A stretch of 64,000 nt of DNA from an uncultured cyanobacterium (GTDB lineage Bacteria; Cyanobacteriota; Cyanobacteriia; Pseudanabaenales; Pseudanabaenaceae). Made by a program: the position numbers and the translations under genes. The stretch is from positions 3,456,001-3,520,000 of the forward strand of contig OY969811.1 of NCBI GenBank assembly GCA_963703315.1, written 5' to 3'. The notes under the pieces were generated by a model. That model worked only from the letters and a program-made list of their open reading frames with translations, ran no database searches and was not told the DNA's origin. Each line of letters starts with the position of its first letter. Within the stretch, counting starts at the first letter, position 1. Shown in pieces: positions 49,101 to 58,604 of this stretch.

Positions 49101-50386
49101 ATCCAGTTACTAGCAAACGCACTATCGATGGATTCATCGGTGAGTGGAGATTCAAGATTTGGTACAGTACTCGACCAAATTTCATCTCCCATTTCCACTG
49201 AGTTTGATATTTCTAGCGATCGCACTTCTCCAAATCCATCATCTAGCAGCAGATTGTCAGATGCTTCTGCTACAATCTCAACCTGTTCATACTCAGATAA
49301 GGGTAGATCATCTTCTAGACTTGGTGCTAAATCTGGGATGTCTTGAAGTTCGTCTAGAAATATACTACTAGTATCAACATCTGCAACTAGTGCATCTTCT
49401 AATGTATCTGCAACTAATACATCAGCCTGTACTTCATCAAGTAAGTCCCAATCATTACCTAATCCTTTCTCTAAATCCTCTAGAAGATCATCTTGATAGA
49501 TAGGTTCAGCTAACTGGTCAGTATTTAGGTTAATACTTTCAGAATACTCTTCATCATCCCTAACAAATCCTGAAATTTGTGTTGGTATATCAAAAGATTC
49601 ATTAGTGATATTTAGACTTGGTTGAGTATTACCAACTTGATCATTAGTTTCTACGGACGATTTCCCCAGAATGTTATCCCAGTTGTCATCATTTAAAGCA
49701 TTACTGCTGTCAAAATTATCATTAAAAAATTCATCTAAATCTTGGATATTTTCATTATTCTCAATGCCAATTTGTAAATCCTGTAACCCAAGATCGAAAC
49801 TATCTGAAGTATCAAAATTGAGAGAATCTAAATCAGCAAAGTCAGAATTGCCTAGAAAATCCAGATTGTTCAAATCTAGATCATTCAAATCTAGATCATC
49901 TGTTGGTAAGTTGTTTGACTGACTTGAAGGCTGAAGTGTTGTCTGAGATTGTGATATTTGTGGAGATATAGACTTATCTTTAGCTTTAATTTCTGAATCA
50001 TCTATCCTAGTTTTTAGATCGGTCATAATTAACCAATCAATATTTTCCACATCATTTTTTTTGGTTTCAGTATTATTGCTACCTTGACTACTTGATGTCT
50101 TTTTGGTCGAAGGAGATCGCTCAATCTCTTCGTCTAAGCCTAGTGATCTTAACCATTCTATGTCTTCAAGATCGTTTTCATTAGCTTGATTATTTAATAA
50201 CTGAGAAGATGAGTTTCCTGATAATTGATTTGATGCTGGTTTGGGTTGAGGAGATCCGCCAATTCGCGTACTCAGATCAGACATAATCATCCAATCAACA
50301 TCCGCAGCATCGTTACCTGATGACTTTTGAGGATCTGGCTTATTACTGCCTTGACCTTTTTGCGGATTATTTTTATCAGATGCCAT
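46121..50386 (-). CDS. Large acidic low-complexity membrane protein with C-terminal pentapeptide repeats
   Basis: 1421 aa; D/E/S-rich region, Pro-rich linker, one TM helix, A(D/N)LXX repeats. Confidence 0.85.
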   Translation of the reverse strand: MASDKNNPQKGQGSNKPDPQKSSGNDAADVDWMIMSDLSTRIGGSPQPKPASNQLSGNSSSQLLNNQANENDLEDIEWLRSLGLDEEIERSPSTKKTSSSQGSNNTETKKNDVENIDWLIMTDLKTRIDDSEIKAKDKSISPQISQSQTTLQPSSQSNNLPTDDLDLNDLDLNNLDFLGNSDFADLDSLNFDTSDSFDLGLQDLQIGIENNENIQDLDEFFNDNFDSSNALNDDNWDNILGKSSVETNDQVGNTQPSLNITNESFDIPTQISGFVRDDEEYSESINLNTDQLAEPIYQDDLLEDLEKGLGNDWDLLDEVQADVLVADTLEDALVADVDTSSIFLDELQDIPDLAPSLEDDLPLSEYEQVEIVAEASDNLLLDDGFGEVRSLEISNSVEMGDEIWSSTVPNLESPLTDESIDSAFASNWIQAGDQAIDDSIWHSSSSIDSPSESSPAIDNAFGSLDDWENIPEAENLEIEENISLNISSPENIEQAFDADFGLASEQDSEQKFEQTFDDQLDHQVPSEDVINDDWSADLEAEISHGNDAVDWNVPTIVTTEVEHELPDTFSTDEFVPSDAYISSNIDASVQHDEYNQAKSEVEPNEIKKPDDSMDLSSGWSNLSESIADQITESSFIDEFDNYADDLSNNVVVPVSTSLQNPNWNAEIAESVTNGNDHKLDSMLNEDFDLATFDEDSLLEEPLGNFNNVSMPTTLTPIRVAPIPSPEEQFTSGVVPNPPFDALNSSTDNLISETDFLQEAMAHDLLNESYEEMDEYQEAADKDLLNSYGTNSGGLDNFVSPQQISPPPVNFVPPVNIGKSVTNVGIDSSDFLDEFDLDSMDSQLTGDDFGSGFVSPTISTGLVPPAPPIAPLPPVPPIATRQEPTAPSVSSPPPPPPFLPPLPPKRIPNQSNTAPLPPPPSIDSQPQTQNTMGRRGREDDFDRFHAQPDPHKNRKSINTIDDSWSELLDAETVLSGGLRSSDTGSMGSTATPIAGASGRPSQGKAANSSRGSSGSRRKEIDLPDFNDLGIEIHADGNDWSGLLDNSDLSDSITTISKQSTQLPSRGRSNPPSSARFDSTGTSETKEIPRDRRKPMPSFNEPTQASMGMPRDQMDFNRFTEDNYESYEEFQQSITEAELPPKKPPIKMPSISLESLWQDYLKIPVIGLAAIGGAFTLYSLLNRPVFDIGLRWGIFKDASGKDFTNADFKGAKLDNVDFSKATLTGAKMQDASLVGANFQDANLDGVNFTNANLSKARLIRASVIWAEFNKAQMIFVDLAESNLTLSNFVGAKMEGVNLKGSKIGAQGTDKATKFNSTTLLAWQIVNDMREGRNLANQDLSGLNLSFTSLKRANLSNTRLNYTDMTGTDLSGANLSGSQINGANWSGAKLNGINLSGVIFEPSKLPKTDEETICPNAKKGPCKF

Positions 50387-50750
50387 GTGTCAATCCTCGC
50401 GATTGTTTTGGGTCTTGGGCTACTTGAGCGTTGCTACTGTAAAAATGCATTGTATTGCTAAGTAGCTCAATTTAACCTACAGCTTAGCAATAACATCACT
50501 GAGATTTCAATAAATTTAATGATTTCTCACCAATATTTTTCTGTCCCTATCAACCTTAAACATACTTAGGTTTTTAAGCGTATGGAGGAGTATAATCTTT
50601 TGCCCGCTCTTTCCAAATCTATAAAGTGTTTGAGATATTTGCTTGGGTTGTTCTATTTAGTTCGTGATGTGTATCAAGTGTCTTCCAACTAAGTGCTAAT
50701 AGCGATCGCTTACCAGTTTTTATAGGAGTTATTGCTGTAGCCATTTCAAA

Positions 50751-50855
50751 AGAGAGTGGCGACGCTTCACACTGCTACTCTCTGCAAAAAGTGAGGGTGC
50801 TTCACAGTGCTGCTCTCTACAAAAAGTGGCGGCGCTTCGCGCCGCCACCCTCTTT
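50751..50855. repeat. Three tandem degenerate 35-bp palindromic units
   Basis: Units start at 50751, 50786 and 50821. Confidence 0.65.
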
Positions 50856-50988
50856 TGGGTTTGCTATTAGTCAGTTTTTGCAGTTTGTATTTTGCTTACA
50901 GCAAAACATAAACTGCTACATACAAATTGAGTTTGCTGTTACATTGTGTTTATCATCGTGATTTTCATGTACAGCGTTCGTAGATTTT

Positions 50989-53694
50989 ATGGCAAAGCAA
51001 GGGCAGCAACAGCTAGATATTTGGTCGGAGTCTGATGGGGGCAAGATCATCCCAACTTCATTGCATACAGAAATGCAGCGCTCGTACCTAGAGTACGCCA
51101 TGAGCGTGATTGTTGGTCGCGCCTTGCCTGATGCTCGTGATGGACTCAAACCTGTGCATCGCCGCATTATCTACGCCATGCATGAGCTTGGACTTGTACC
51201 CGATCGCCCCTTTCGTAAGTGCGCTCGTGTAGTTGGGGACGTATTGGGAAAATATCACCCGCATGGCGATCAATCGGTTTACGATGCTCTTGTCCGACTC
51301 GTACAGGACTTTTCTAGTCGTTACCCTCTGCTTGCAGGACATGGTAACTTCGGCTCAGTGGACAATGATCCTGCGGCGGCAATGCGTTATACCGAATGTC
51401 GCTTAGCGGCGATCGGCAATGAGGCATTACTTAGCGAAATCGAGGAAGATGTCGTTGATTTTGTCGATAACTTTGATGGCTCGGAGCAAGAACCTGCGGT
51501 ATTACCTGCCCAGTTGCCAATGCTATTGCTCAATGGCGCAACGGGAATCGCGGTGGGGATGGCAACCAATATTCCGCCCCATAATTTGAATGAAATTGTC
51601 GATGGCGCGATCGCCTTGATCGATCATCCGAATTTGCCCGATGATGATTTGCTAAAAATCATTCCTGCACCCGACTTCCCGACTGGCGGGATTATCATGA
51701 ATGCAGAAGGGGTGCGCGAAGCCTATCTAACGGGCAAGGGTAGTGTGACGATTCGTGGGGTTGCCTCCGTCGAGCAGTTTGGTGGCAAAGGTACGGGCAA
51801 GCGTCAAAAACAGGCAATCATCGTCACCGAGTTGCCCTATCAGGTGAATAAATCGGCATGGATCGAGAAAATTGCCGAACTGGTGAACAATAACAAAATC
51901 GATGGCATTTCTGATATTCGTGATGAAAGCGATCGCACGGGAATGCGAGTGGTAATTGAACTCAAAAAAGATATTATCCCCGCCGTAATTATCGATCAGC
52001 TATATCGTCAAACTGCTTTACAGTCTAATTTTGGCGTAATTCTACTCGCATTAAAAGGTTCTCAACCTAAGCAGATGACCTTGCGAGAATTATTACAAGA
52101 GTTTTTAGAATTTCGGGAAGAAACTCTCTCCAAACGTTTCCGTTATGAGTTAAAAAAAGCACAAGAAAAATCACATTTGTTAGAAGGATTGGTATTAGTT
52201 CTTCAAGATATTGATCGCCTGATTAGAACTTTAAGGTTTGCGAATAATAGCGCCCTTGCCAAGACTGACTTACAGACTGAGTTTGCTCTTTCAGAAACTC
52301 AAGCAGAAGCCATTCTCTCCATGCCTTTACGGCGAATCACCGCGATCGAGCAACAGAAAATTCGTGAAGAATTAGAAACCTTACAACAGCAAGTTGCTAG
52401 ATTAGAAAAATTGTTAGGCGATCGCCGCGAGTTGATGAAATTCCTTAAAAAAGAATTGCGCGATCATAAAAAACGTCATAGTGACTCCCGCCGCACACGT
52501 CTAGCATGGCAATTACTAGAACATCAAAATTTGGTTGATGGGTCGTCTAATATTGATACTAGCGAACCCGTTAAGGCGAAGAAAAGTAAAGATGATACTT
52601 CGCAACTAACGGAACTTGAGAAAGTAGCGGTAAAAACTACTGAGCAAGTAACTGAGAAAGTAAGCGTCCGTAAATCTTCCAAAGAAAAACAACCCCAACT
52701 TTCAGAAGTTTCCCTCATTTCCCTTACCACTGAACTCAATATTCCTGTTGCCGAACCTCAGGATATTACCGTTCAACTTACCCATAAGGGCTACATCAAG
52801 AGTTTTGAGAATAATTCTAGAGTCTCTCAATCCGCCGATCTCAGTGATGATGTGACGATCGCCTCCTACGACACCCGTAGCGATCGCGAAATGGTGGTAT
52901 TAACAAATTCGGGTAAAGCATTCCCCTTGTCATTATCTAACGTTCCCATCGTCAAGGGCAAAGGACGAGGTACTCCTTTAATTACGCTTTTACCTGATAG
53001 TACTGAGCGCATCGTCTCCCAATTTGTTTGGCAAAAAAATCCTGAATCAACCGAAGGTTTAGTCCTGCTCTCTAATCAAGGCAAAATCAAGCGATCGCCC
53101 CTTGCGGAATTTGCCGATATGACCGCACGCGGATTAATCGCCGCCAAATTTAAAGAAGATGATTCTCTCTTCTGGGCAGATGTGGTCAGTTTAGAACAGG
53201 AATTAGCGATCGCCACTTCCGCAGGTCGGATTCTCCGTCTTAAAGCCGATGAGACTCAAATCCCTACAGTAGGACGCGCTGCCGCAGGAAATATTGCGCT
53301 ACGTTTAGGCAGTACTGAAACTCAAATCGGTGTATCGGTATTAGATTTAGCAAGTTCTCCCAATTCAGAGCTAATTTTAATTACTGCCGAAGGGTTTGCC
53401 AAACGGATTGCGGCTGGCAATATCAGAGCGGCTGTGCGAGGTGCGATCGGCGCTCAATGCTTTAAGTTCCAGTCTCGTACTGATCAGTTAGTCAGCATGA
53501 CCGCGATCGCCAATCCTCGCCTAGATTTACCTGTTACTTTCCTAATCGGTCAAGAGAATGACATTGGTTTACGCACCGTACAAATGCCTTTGGGTGCGAT
53601 TCCCCTCGAATTACCCAATAGTCAAGGACGCTCGATATTTGCGGGTGAAAGTGACCTAGTGCGATCGGAAAAAGTAATCCGTGTAGTAACCTAA
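50989..53694 (+). CDS. gyrA: Type IIA topoisomerase subunit A (GyrA/ParC-like)
   Basis: [22 protein letters not shown]; no GyrA-box seen, so it may be the ParC-like paralogue. Confidence 0.85.
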   Translation: MAKQGQQQLDIWSESDGGKIIPTSLHTEMQRSYLEYAMSVIVGRALPDARDGLKPVHRRIIYAMHELGLVPDRPFRKCARVVGDVLGKYHPHGDQSVYDALVRLVQDFSSRYPLLAGHGNFGSVDNDPAAAMRYTECRLAAIGNEALLSEIEEDVVDFVDNFDGSEQEPAVLPAQLPMLLLNGATGIAVGMATNIPPHNLNEIVDGAIALIDHPNLPDDDLLKIIPAPDFPTGGIIMNAEGVREAYLTGKGSVTIRGVASVEQFGGKGTGKRQKQAIIVTELPYQVNKSAWIEKIAELVNNNKIDGISDIRDESDRTGMRVVIELKKDIIPAVIIDQLYRQTALQSNFGVILLALKGSQPKQMTLRELLQEFLEFREETLSKRFRYELKKAQEKSHLLEGLVLVLQDIDRLIRTLRFANNSALAKTDLQTEFALSETQAEAILSMPLRRITAIEQQKIREELETLQQQVARLEKLLGDRRELMKFLKKELRDHKKRHSDSRRTRLAWQLLEHQNLVDGSSNIDTSEPVKAKKSKDDTSQLTELEKVAVKTTEQVTEKVSVRKSSKEKQPQLSEVSLISLTTELNIPVAEPQDITVQLTHKGYIKSFENNSRVSQSADLSDDVTIASYDTRSDREMVVLTNSGKAFPLSLSNVPIVKGKGRGTPLITLLPDSTERIVSQFVWQKNPESTEGLVLLSNQGKIKRSPLAEFADMTARGLIAAKFKEDDSLFWADVVSLEQELAIATSAGRILRLKADETQIPTVGRAAAGNIALRLGSTETQIGVSVLDLASSPNSELILITAEGFAKRIAAGNIRAAVRGAIGAQCFKFQSRTDQLVSMTAIANPRLDLPVTFLIGQENDIGLRTVQMPLGAIPLELPNSQGRSIFAGESDLVRSEKVIRVVT

Positions 53695-53786
53695 ACATAT
53701 ACCCTAAACCCAATGGCGCACGCGCAGCGTGCGCCATTGGGTTTGGTTCTAGCTACTTAACTCACTGTTAACTAACTGAAATTGTT

Positions 53787-54386
53787 ATGCCTTACAGTCA
53801 GTTCAAAACTTTGGAATCAGTTGTCTCTACCTTCGACCTTGTCGTTGAAGATACTGTGCATCTATTCAGCCAAACGCAACCAATTTCACCAAGCGATCGC
53901 CTCAAAGAAATTATTAATGAAGGACTAGATCTAGCGATCGCCACTAGTACCGAAAAGGCTCGTTCAGAACTACTTATCAGTCCGATCCTCATGGAAGTGC
54001 GGCGTAGTCTCCATAAGCAAATTAGTCTATTCTCTGGTAATAACTTTGATGTCGAACCAGAACGAGGATTAAATGGCTTTTGTGATTTTATTCTGAGTGC
54101 TTCAGCTACACAGTCAGTGATTACGGCTCCTGTGTTAACCGTTGTCGAAGCAAAAGAAAATGATTTGCGATCGGGCTTAGGACAATGTATTGCGGAAATG
54201 GTGGGCGCACAAATTTTCAATCAAAAAAAAGGTTTAGTCCATACAATTTATGGAACCGTGACAACTGGTACAACTTGGCGCTTTCTAAAACTCGACCAGC
54301 AAACAGTCCATATTGATTTAACCGAATACTTTATCAATCAACTCGACTTGATTTTGGGTATTCTCGCCATTCCCTTCCAAAAATAA
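53787..54386 (+). CDS. Hypothetical restriction-endonuclease-like protein
   Basis: EKARSE, GFCDF, VEAK...GQCIAEM (PD-(D/E)xK-like). Confidence 0.7.
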   Translation: MPYSQFKTLESVVSTFDLVVEDTVHLFSQTQPISPSDRLKEIINEGLDLAIATSTEKARSELLISPILMEVRRSLHKQISLFSGNNFDVEPERGLNGFCDFILSASATQSVITAPVLTVVEAKENDLRSGLGQCIAEMVGAQIFNQKKGLVHTIYGTVTTGTTWRFLKLDQQTVHIDLTEYFINQLDLILGILAIPFQK

Positions 54387-54462
54387 GATGCTATGGCTAT
54401 ATATCAAAGTCGCGAAAAACCAGATAAAATAATACGTCTATAACGTTTTTAATACTTGTCCT

Positions 54463-54837
54463 ATGACCCTAAATAAAGTGCATCTAGTGGGACGTGCAGG
54501 ACGTGATCCTGAAGTCAAATATTTTGAGTCGGGCAAAGTGGTTTGCAACTTTACGATCGCCGTTAACCGTAACACTAGCAACCGTGATGAACCACCCGAT
54601 TGGTTTGACCTAGAGATTTGGGACAAAACGGCAGAGGTTGCGAAAAACTACGTGAGAAAAGGTAGCCTGATTGGAATCTCAGGGTCACTCAAATTTGATC
54701 GTTGGAATGACCGTACCACAGGTGATGAGCGTCAAAAGCCTGTAATTAGAGTTTCACAACTGGAACTACTTGGCTCTCGCAAAGATAATGAATCTGCTAG
54801 TAGTGGTAGTAGCGGCGGCTATGACGATGATTTCTAA
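54463..54837 (+). CDS. ssb: Single-stranded DNA-binding protein
   Basis: LNKVHLVGRAGRDPE; acidic tail DDDF. Confidence 0.95.
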   Translation: MTLNKVHLVGRAGRDPEVKYFESGKVVCNFTIAVNRNTSNRDEPPDWFDLEIWDKTAEVAKNYVRKGSLIGISGSLKFDRWNDRTTGDERQKPVIRVSQLELLGSRKDNESASSGSSGGYDDDF

Positions 54838-54966
54838 GTTCACAGCCTTTGCATAGTAATGGCTTTGAGCTTTTTTTATACGGTTAAATACGGTTTTCCT
54901 ACTCGAAAATTTGTGGTGATATCAGTAAAAATATATTTAGCGAATTACAGATGCAAGGAATCGATT

Positions 54967-55269
54967 ATGTTTAACCTTGGTGAACTCAACTCCAGCAGTA
55001 ACAACATTTTGCTTGATTATCTCAAAAATCAATCCCCCGAAACGTTAACCACAGTTGCTCAATCCGTTACTCCTGAAGCTCAGCAAATTATTAATCAAAA
55101 TATTCAAAATTTACTGGGGATATTGCCTCCACAACATTTCAATGTCAGTATTACCACCGATCGCGAAAATCTCGCAGGTCTAATTGGTTCCGCAATGATG
55201 ACAGGCTACTTCATTCGACAGATGGAAACAAGAATGCAGCTAGATAACTCACTAGCATCAGTAGAATAA
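54967..55269 (+). CDS. DUF760 family protein
   Basis: TDRENLAGLIGSAMMTGYF; likely start 54967. Confidence 0.8.
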   Translation: MFNLGELNSSSNNILLDYLKNQSPETLTTVAQSVTPEAQQIINQNIQNLLGILPPQHFNVSITTDRENLAGLIGSAMMTGYFIRQMETRMQLDNSLASVE

Positions 55270-55477
55270 AAAAGCGGCGCAACGCGCCGCTTTTTTATTT
55301 ATAGCAATGCAAAACCCAAATAATACCAATTCACAAAAGTGTGACGACATTTTTGTGAATTGAAAAACAAATCCAGTAAGGGTTTTTAAAACTAAAAATG
55401 GCTACGCCATTTTTAGTTTTGGTATAAGTGAAGGCGTTGCACAGCAACGCCTTCACTTATTTGACCTATAGAGATAG

Positions 55478-56362
55478 CTATACTTTGGGCTTGTGGTGAA
55501 AACGAATTCCTAAGAATACGTCATAGATAAAGCCAGCCAGATCAGGCATTTTCAATAAGCCTAAGGTTTGGGGAGAACCATTAGCATCGAGAAGTGGCTT
55601 CATTTGATAATAGGCACTCTCGTAGTAATACCAAGGCACATTGGGCCAGAGGTGGTGAACTAGGTGATAGTTTTGACCGAGCAACATGATATTAAGAAAT
55701 TTGCTGGGATAAACTCTGGCATTTTTCCAGCGCGATCGCTCAACAAAGGGACGATGGGGCAGATAGTCAAAGAACAAACCTAGCAAAAGTCCCATGACTG
55801 CGGCTGGTACAAACCAGAAGTTCATCATGTAGCCAAGAAAGCCATGATAATAACCAAAGATAATCATTGCTACCACAATTAGGCGGCTAATTGCCCATTC
55901 CAGCAACTCGTAATTACGCCAGAGGCGACGCTGAAAGAAGAAAATTTCGTGATAGAAAAATCTCGCTGCAATCAACCATAGAGGTCCACCCGTAGACACA
56001 AAATGGTCAGGATCGTCCTCTTCATCGTTGACATGGGCATGGTGCTGCATATGCACGCGAGTGAATACAGGAAACACAAAGCCTTGTAATATCGCGGCAA
56101 TATGCCCGATCGCCGCATTCACAATGCGATTGGGGTGAGCGACACCATGACAAGCATCATGGATCACTGTGCCTAGTACATAGAGCGCCGAAAAATTACA
56201 AACAAATACGAGCCAGTCCGCCCAGCCCCATACCCAATACCCTGTTGTCGATGCAGTTCCTAAAACAATCGAACCCAGTAGCAGTAGTATCGTCGGATTA
56301 AATCCCTGTGCTGCACCCATAAAACCTATGGGAAGAGCTAGGGCTTTGCCCTCCTGCTGCAT
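55478..56362 (-). CDS. crtR: Beta-carotene hydroxylase
   Basis: His boxes HDACH, HMQHH, HLVHH; FFDYLPHRPF. Confidence 0.85.
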   Translation of the reverse strand: MQQEGKALALPIGFMGAAQGFNPTILLLLGSIVLGTASTTGYWVWGWADWLVFVCNFSALYVLGTVIHDACHGVAHPNRIVNAAIGHIAAILQGFVFPVFTRVHMQHHAHVNDEEDDPDHFVSTGGPLWLIAARFFYHEIFFFQRRLWRNYELLEWAISRLIVVAMIIFGYYHGFLGYMMNFWFVPAAVMGLLLGLFFDYLPHRPFVERSRWKNARVYPSKFLNIMLLGQNYHLVHHLWPNVPWYYYESAYYQMKPLLDANGSPQTLGLLKMPDLAGFIYDVFLGIRFHHKPKV

Positions 56363-56449
56363 TGTGTCACTCCTTCCTCAAATTTTCTATCTTTGATCTA
56401 GTATGCGTTTTGAGTCGGTTAGTTGCCAAACCCAAAATATATTTCAATA

Positions 56450-56563
56450 TATAGCGATCGCCATTTGTATTAGAAAAATCAAAACCCAAGAAGGGAGTGA
56501 CGGCGCGGAGCGCCGCCACTCGTCTTCTGGTTTTGTGTCCTAGCAAGATTGGAGACAGCTATA
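56450..56563. repeat. MITE-like repeat with TATAGC...GCTATA ends (copy 2)
   Basis: Similar to 18520-18634. Confidence 0.7.
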
Positions 56564-56718
56564 TTCAAAAAATATATTTGATTGTTGCGTTTTATTACAT
56601 TTTTTATTATCCCCTATGCTACCGACAATAGAGCGAGATTGCAACTATTGAAAAATCATTGTCCTAGCGGGAATATCGTTAAGTATTATGAAGTTAGGGT
56701 CTTTTACGCTAAATAACT

Positions 56719-57369
56719 ATGCAACTTGCTTCTGAACAACGCACTAAGCTTGATAACTCCGATGATGCGTTATTTTATGACTATCCGCGTTTTGTCACCC
56801 ATGTAGACGATCGCTTTATTAAGCAGCTTACCGAGCTTTATCGTCAACGCTTGCAACCAAATACGCGCATTCTAGACTTGATGAGTAGCTGGGTGTCACA
56901 CTTACCGCCAGAAATGGAATTTGCCCATGTGGAGGGGCATGGACTGAACGCTGAGGAATTGGCGCGTAATCCTCGTTTAAATCATTACTTTGTCCAAAAT
57001 CTGAATAAACAGCAATTATTACCCTTTAAGGATCAATCCTTTGATGCGGTGTTAAACACAGTCTCCGTGCAGTATTTACAATATCCTGAAGCGGTATTTG
57101 CGGAAATTTATCGCGTTCTCAAGGTTGGCGGGATTGCGATTATTAGTTTCTCAAATCGGATGTTTTATCAAAAGGCAATTCAGGCATGGCGTGATGGTGA
57201 AGAAAGCGATCGCACTAAGTTGGTCTATAAATATTTTGCCTCTGTGCCTAAAGGATTTACGAAACCTGAGTTAGTGGCAAATGTACCGCCTAGCTCACCG
57301 TTTTTAGCGATGCTAGGTATGGCAAGCAGCGATCCGTTTTATGCTGTAGTAGCAACTCGTTGTAATTGA
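56719..57369 (+). CDS. Class I SAM-dependent methyltransferase
   Basis: PRFVTHVD, ILDLMSSWVSHLP, SFSNR. Confidence 0.85.
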   Translation: MQLASEQRTKLDNSDDALFYDYPRFVTHVDDRFIKQLTELYRQRLQPNTRILDLMSSWVSHLPPEMEFAHVEGHGLNAEELARNPRLNHYFVQNLNKQQLLPFKDQSFDAVLNTVSVQYLQYPEAVFAEIYRVLKVGGIAIISFSNRMFYQKAIQAWRDGEESDRTKLVYKYFASVPKGFTKPELVANVPPSSPFLAMLGMASSDPFYAVVATRCN

Positions 57370-57479
57370 TATAGATTTCACGCAAAGCGTGAAATCTATA
57401 TCTAGATAGAAGGATTAAATGAATAACTGATCTTTGAGTCACGCGCAGCGTGACTCAAGAAGTAAAAGGGTGACATGGA

Positions 57480-58508
57480 ATGACTGACGTTTTAGTGATT
57501 GGTGGCGGCATTATTGGTTTGGCGACAGCGATCGCCCTTTCGCAACGGGGGGCAAGTGTCACTGTCGTTGAACGCGATATTTGTGGTAGGGGCGCAACTT
57601 GGGCGGCGGCGGGAATGCTGGCTCCTGAAGCCGAACGCCTTGAAGGACAACTCCTAGAATTTGGCATTCGTAGTCGGGATATGTATCCACAATGGATTGC
57701 CAGCCTGATGCGATTATCAGGTTTAGATTGTGGCTATTGGTGCTGTGGCATGATTGCTCCTAGTCTCGACGAAAGCGATCGCCAAATTATCGCCCAACAT
57801 CCTAAATATATTAGTCGTCAAGAATCCTATAAACGCCAATCAGGTTTAGGAGAATCGGTTTTAGGTTCGCTCTGGCTGCCAGAGGATGGACAGGTCAATA
57901 ATCGTAAGCTTGCTCAAGCTCTAATAACTGCGGCGCGATCGCTATCAATCAAAATTCTCGAAGGTGTCACGGTATATCAAATTGTCCGCGATGATCAGCG
58001 CGTTACTCACCTCGATACGAGTGCTGGTAAATTGCAAAGCGATCGCTATGTTTTGGCAACAGGAGCATGGACGCGATCGCTCTTACCCTTACCCGTAAAG
58101 CCAATTAAAGGACAAATGTTGTCGGTATTTGATAGCGATCGGCAATTACAGCGCGTTATTTATGCGCCAAACTGTTATATCGTGCCACGTCAAGATGGCA
58201 CGATTGTGATCGGTGCAACTGTTGAAGATAAAGGTTTCGAGCAGGGTAATACTGCCGCAGGTGTAGCTGAATTATTAAATAGAGCGATTTCTGTTTATCC
58301 TGCGATCGCTAATATGCCCATCACTGAAACATGGTGGGGATTCCGACCTTACGCTCCTAATGAGATTCCCATTTTAGGAACCAGTGATTATGAAAATCTC
58401 ATCTTAGCAACAGGTCATTATCGCAATGGCATTCTCTTTGCACCAATTACGGCTAAGTTGATTTCCGATTTTATGATTGATGGCATTAAAGATCCGATTT
58501 TGCAATGA
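57480..58508 (+). CDS. thiO: Glycine oxidase
   Basis: GGGIIG, ATWAAAGMLAP, GHYRNGIL. Confidence 0.9.
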   Translation: MTDVLVIGGGIIGLATAIALSQRGASVTVVERDICGRGATWAAAGMLAPEAERLEGQLLEFGIRSRDMYPQWIASLMRLSGLDCGYWCCGMIAPSLDESDRQIIAQHPKYISRQESYKRQSGLGESVLGSLWLPEDGQVNNRKLAQALITAARSLSIKILEGVTVYQIVRDDQRVTHLDTSAGKLQSDRYVLATGAWTRSLLPLPVKPIKGQMLSVFDSDRQLQRVIYAPNCYIVPRQDGTIVIGATVEDKGFEQGNTAAGVAELLNRAISVYPAIANMPITETWWGFRPYAPNEIPILGTSDYENLILATGHYRNGILFAPITAKLISDFMIDGIKDPILQ

Positions 58509-58514
58509 ATTTGT

Positions 58515-58604
58515 TAGGACTTACGCAGAATTTTCTAAGACTCTCACCCGTTCTGAGAGAAGGGGTTGGGGGATGAGGGCAATTTAGATTTTGCGTAAGT
58601 CCTA
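58515..58604. mobile_element. 90-bp MITE-like element
   Basis: 13-bp terminal inverted repeats TAGGACTTACGCA...TGCGTAAGTCCTA. Confidence 0.7.

Noticed and set aside
50751..50855. Mini-CRISPR
   Set aside because: The units are contiguous with no spacers.
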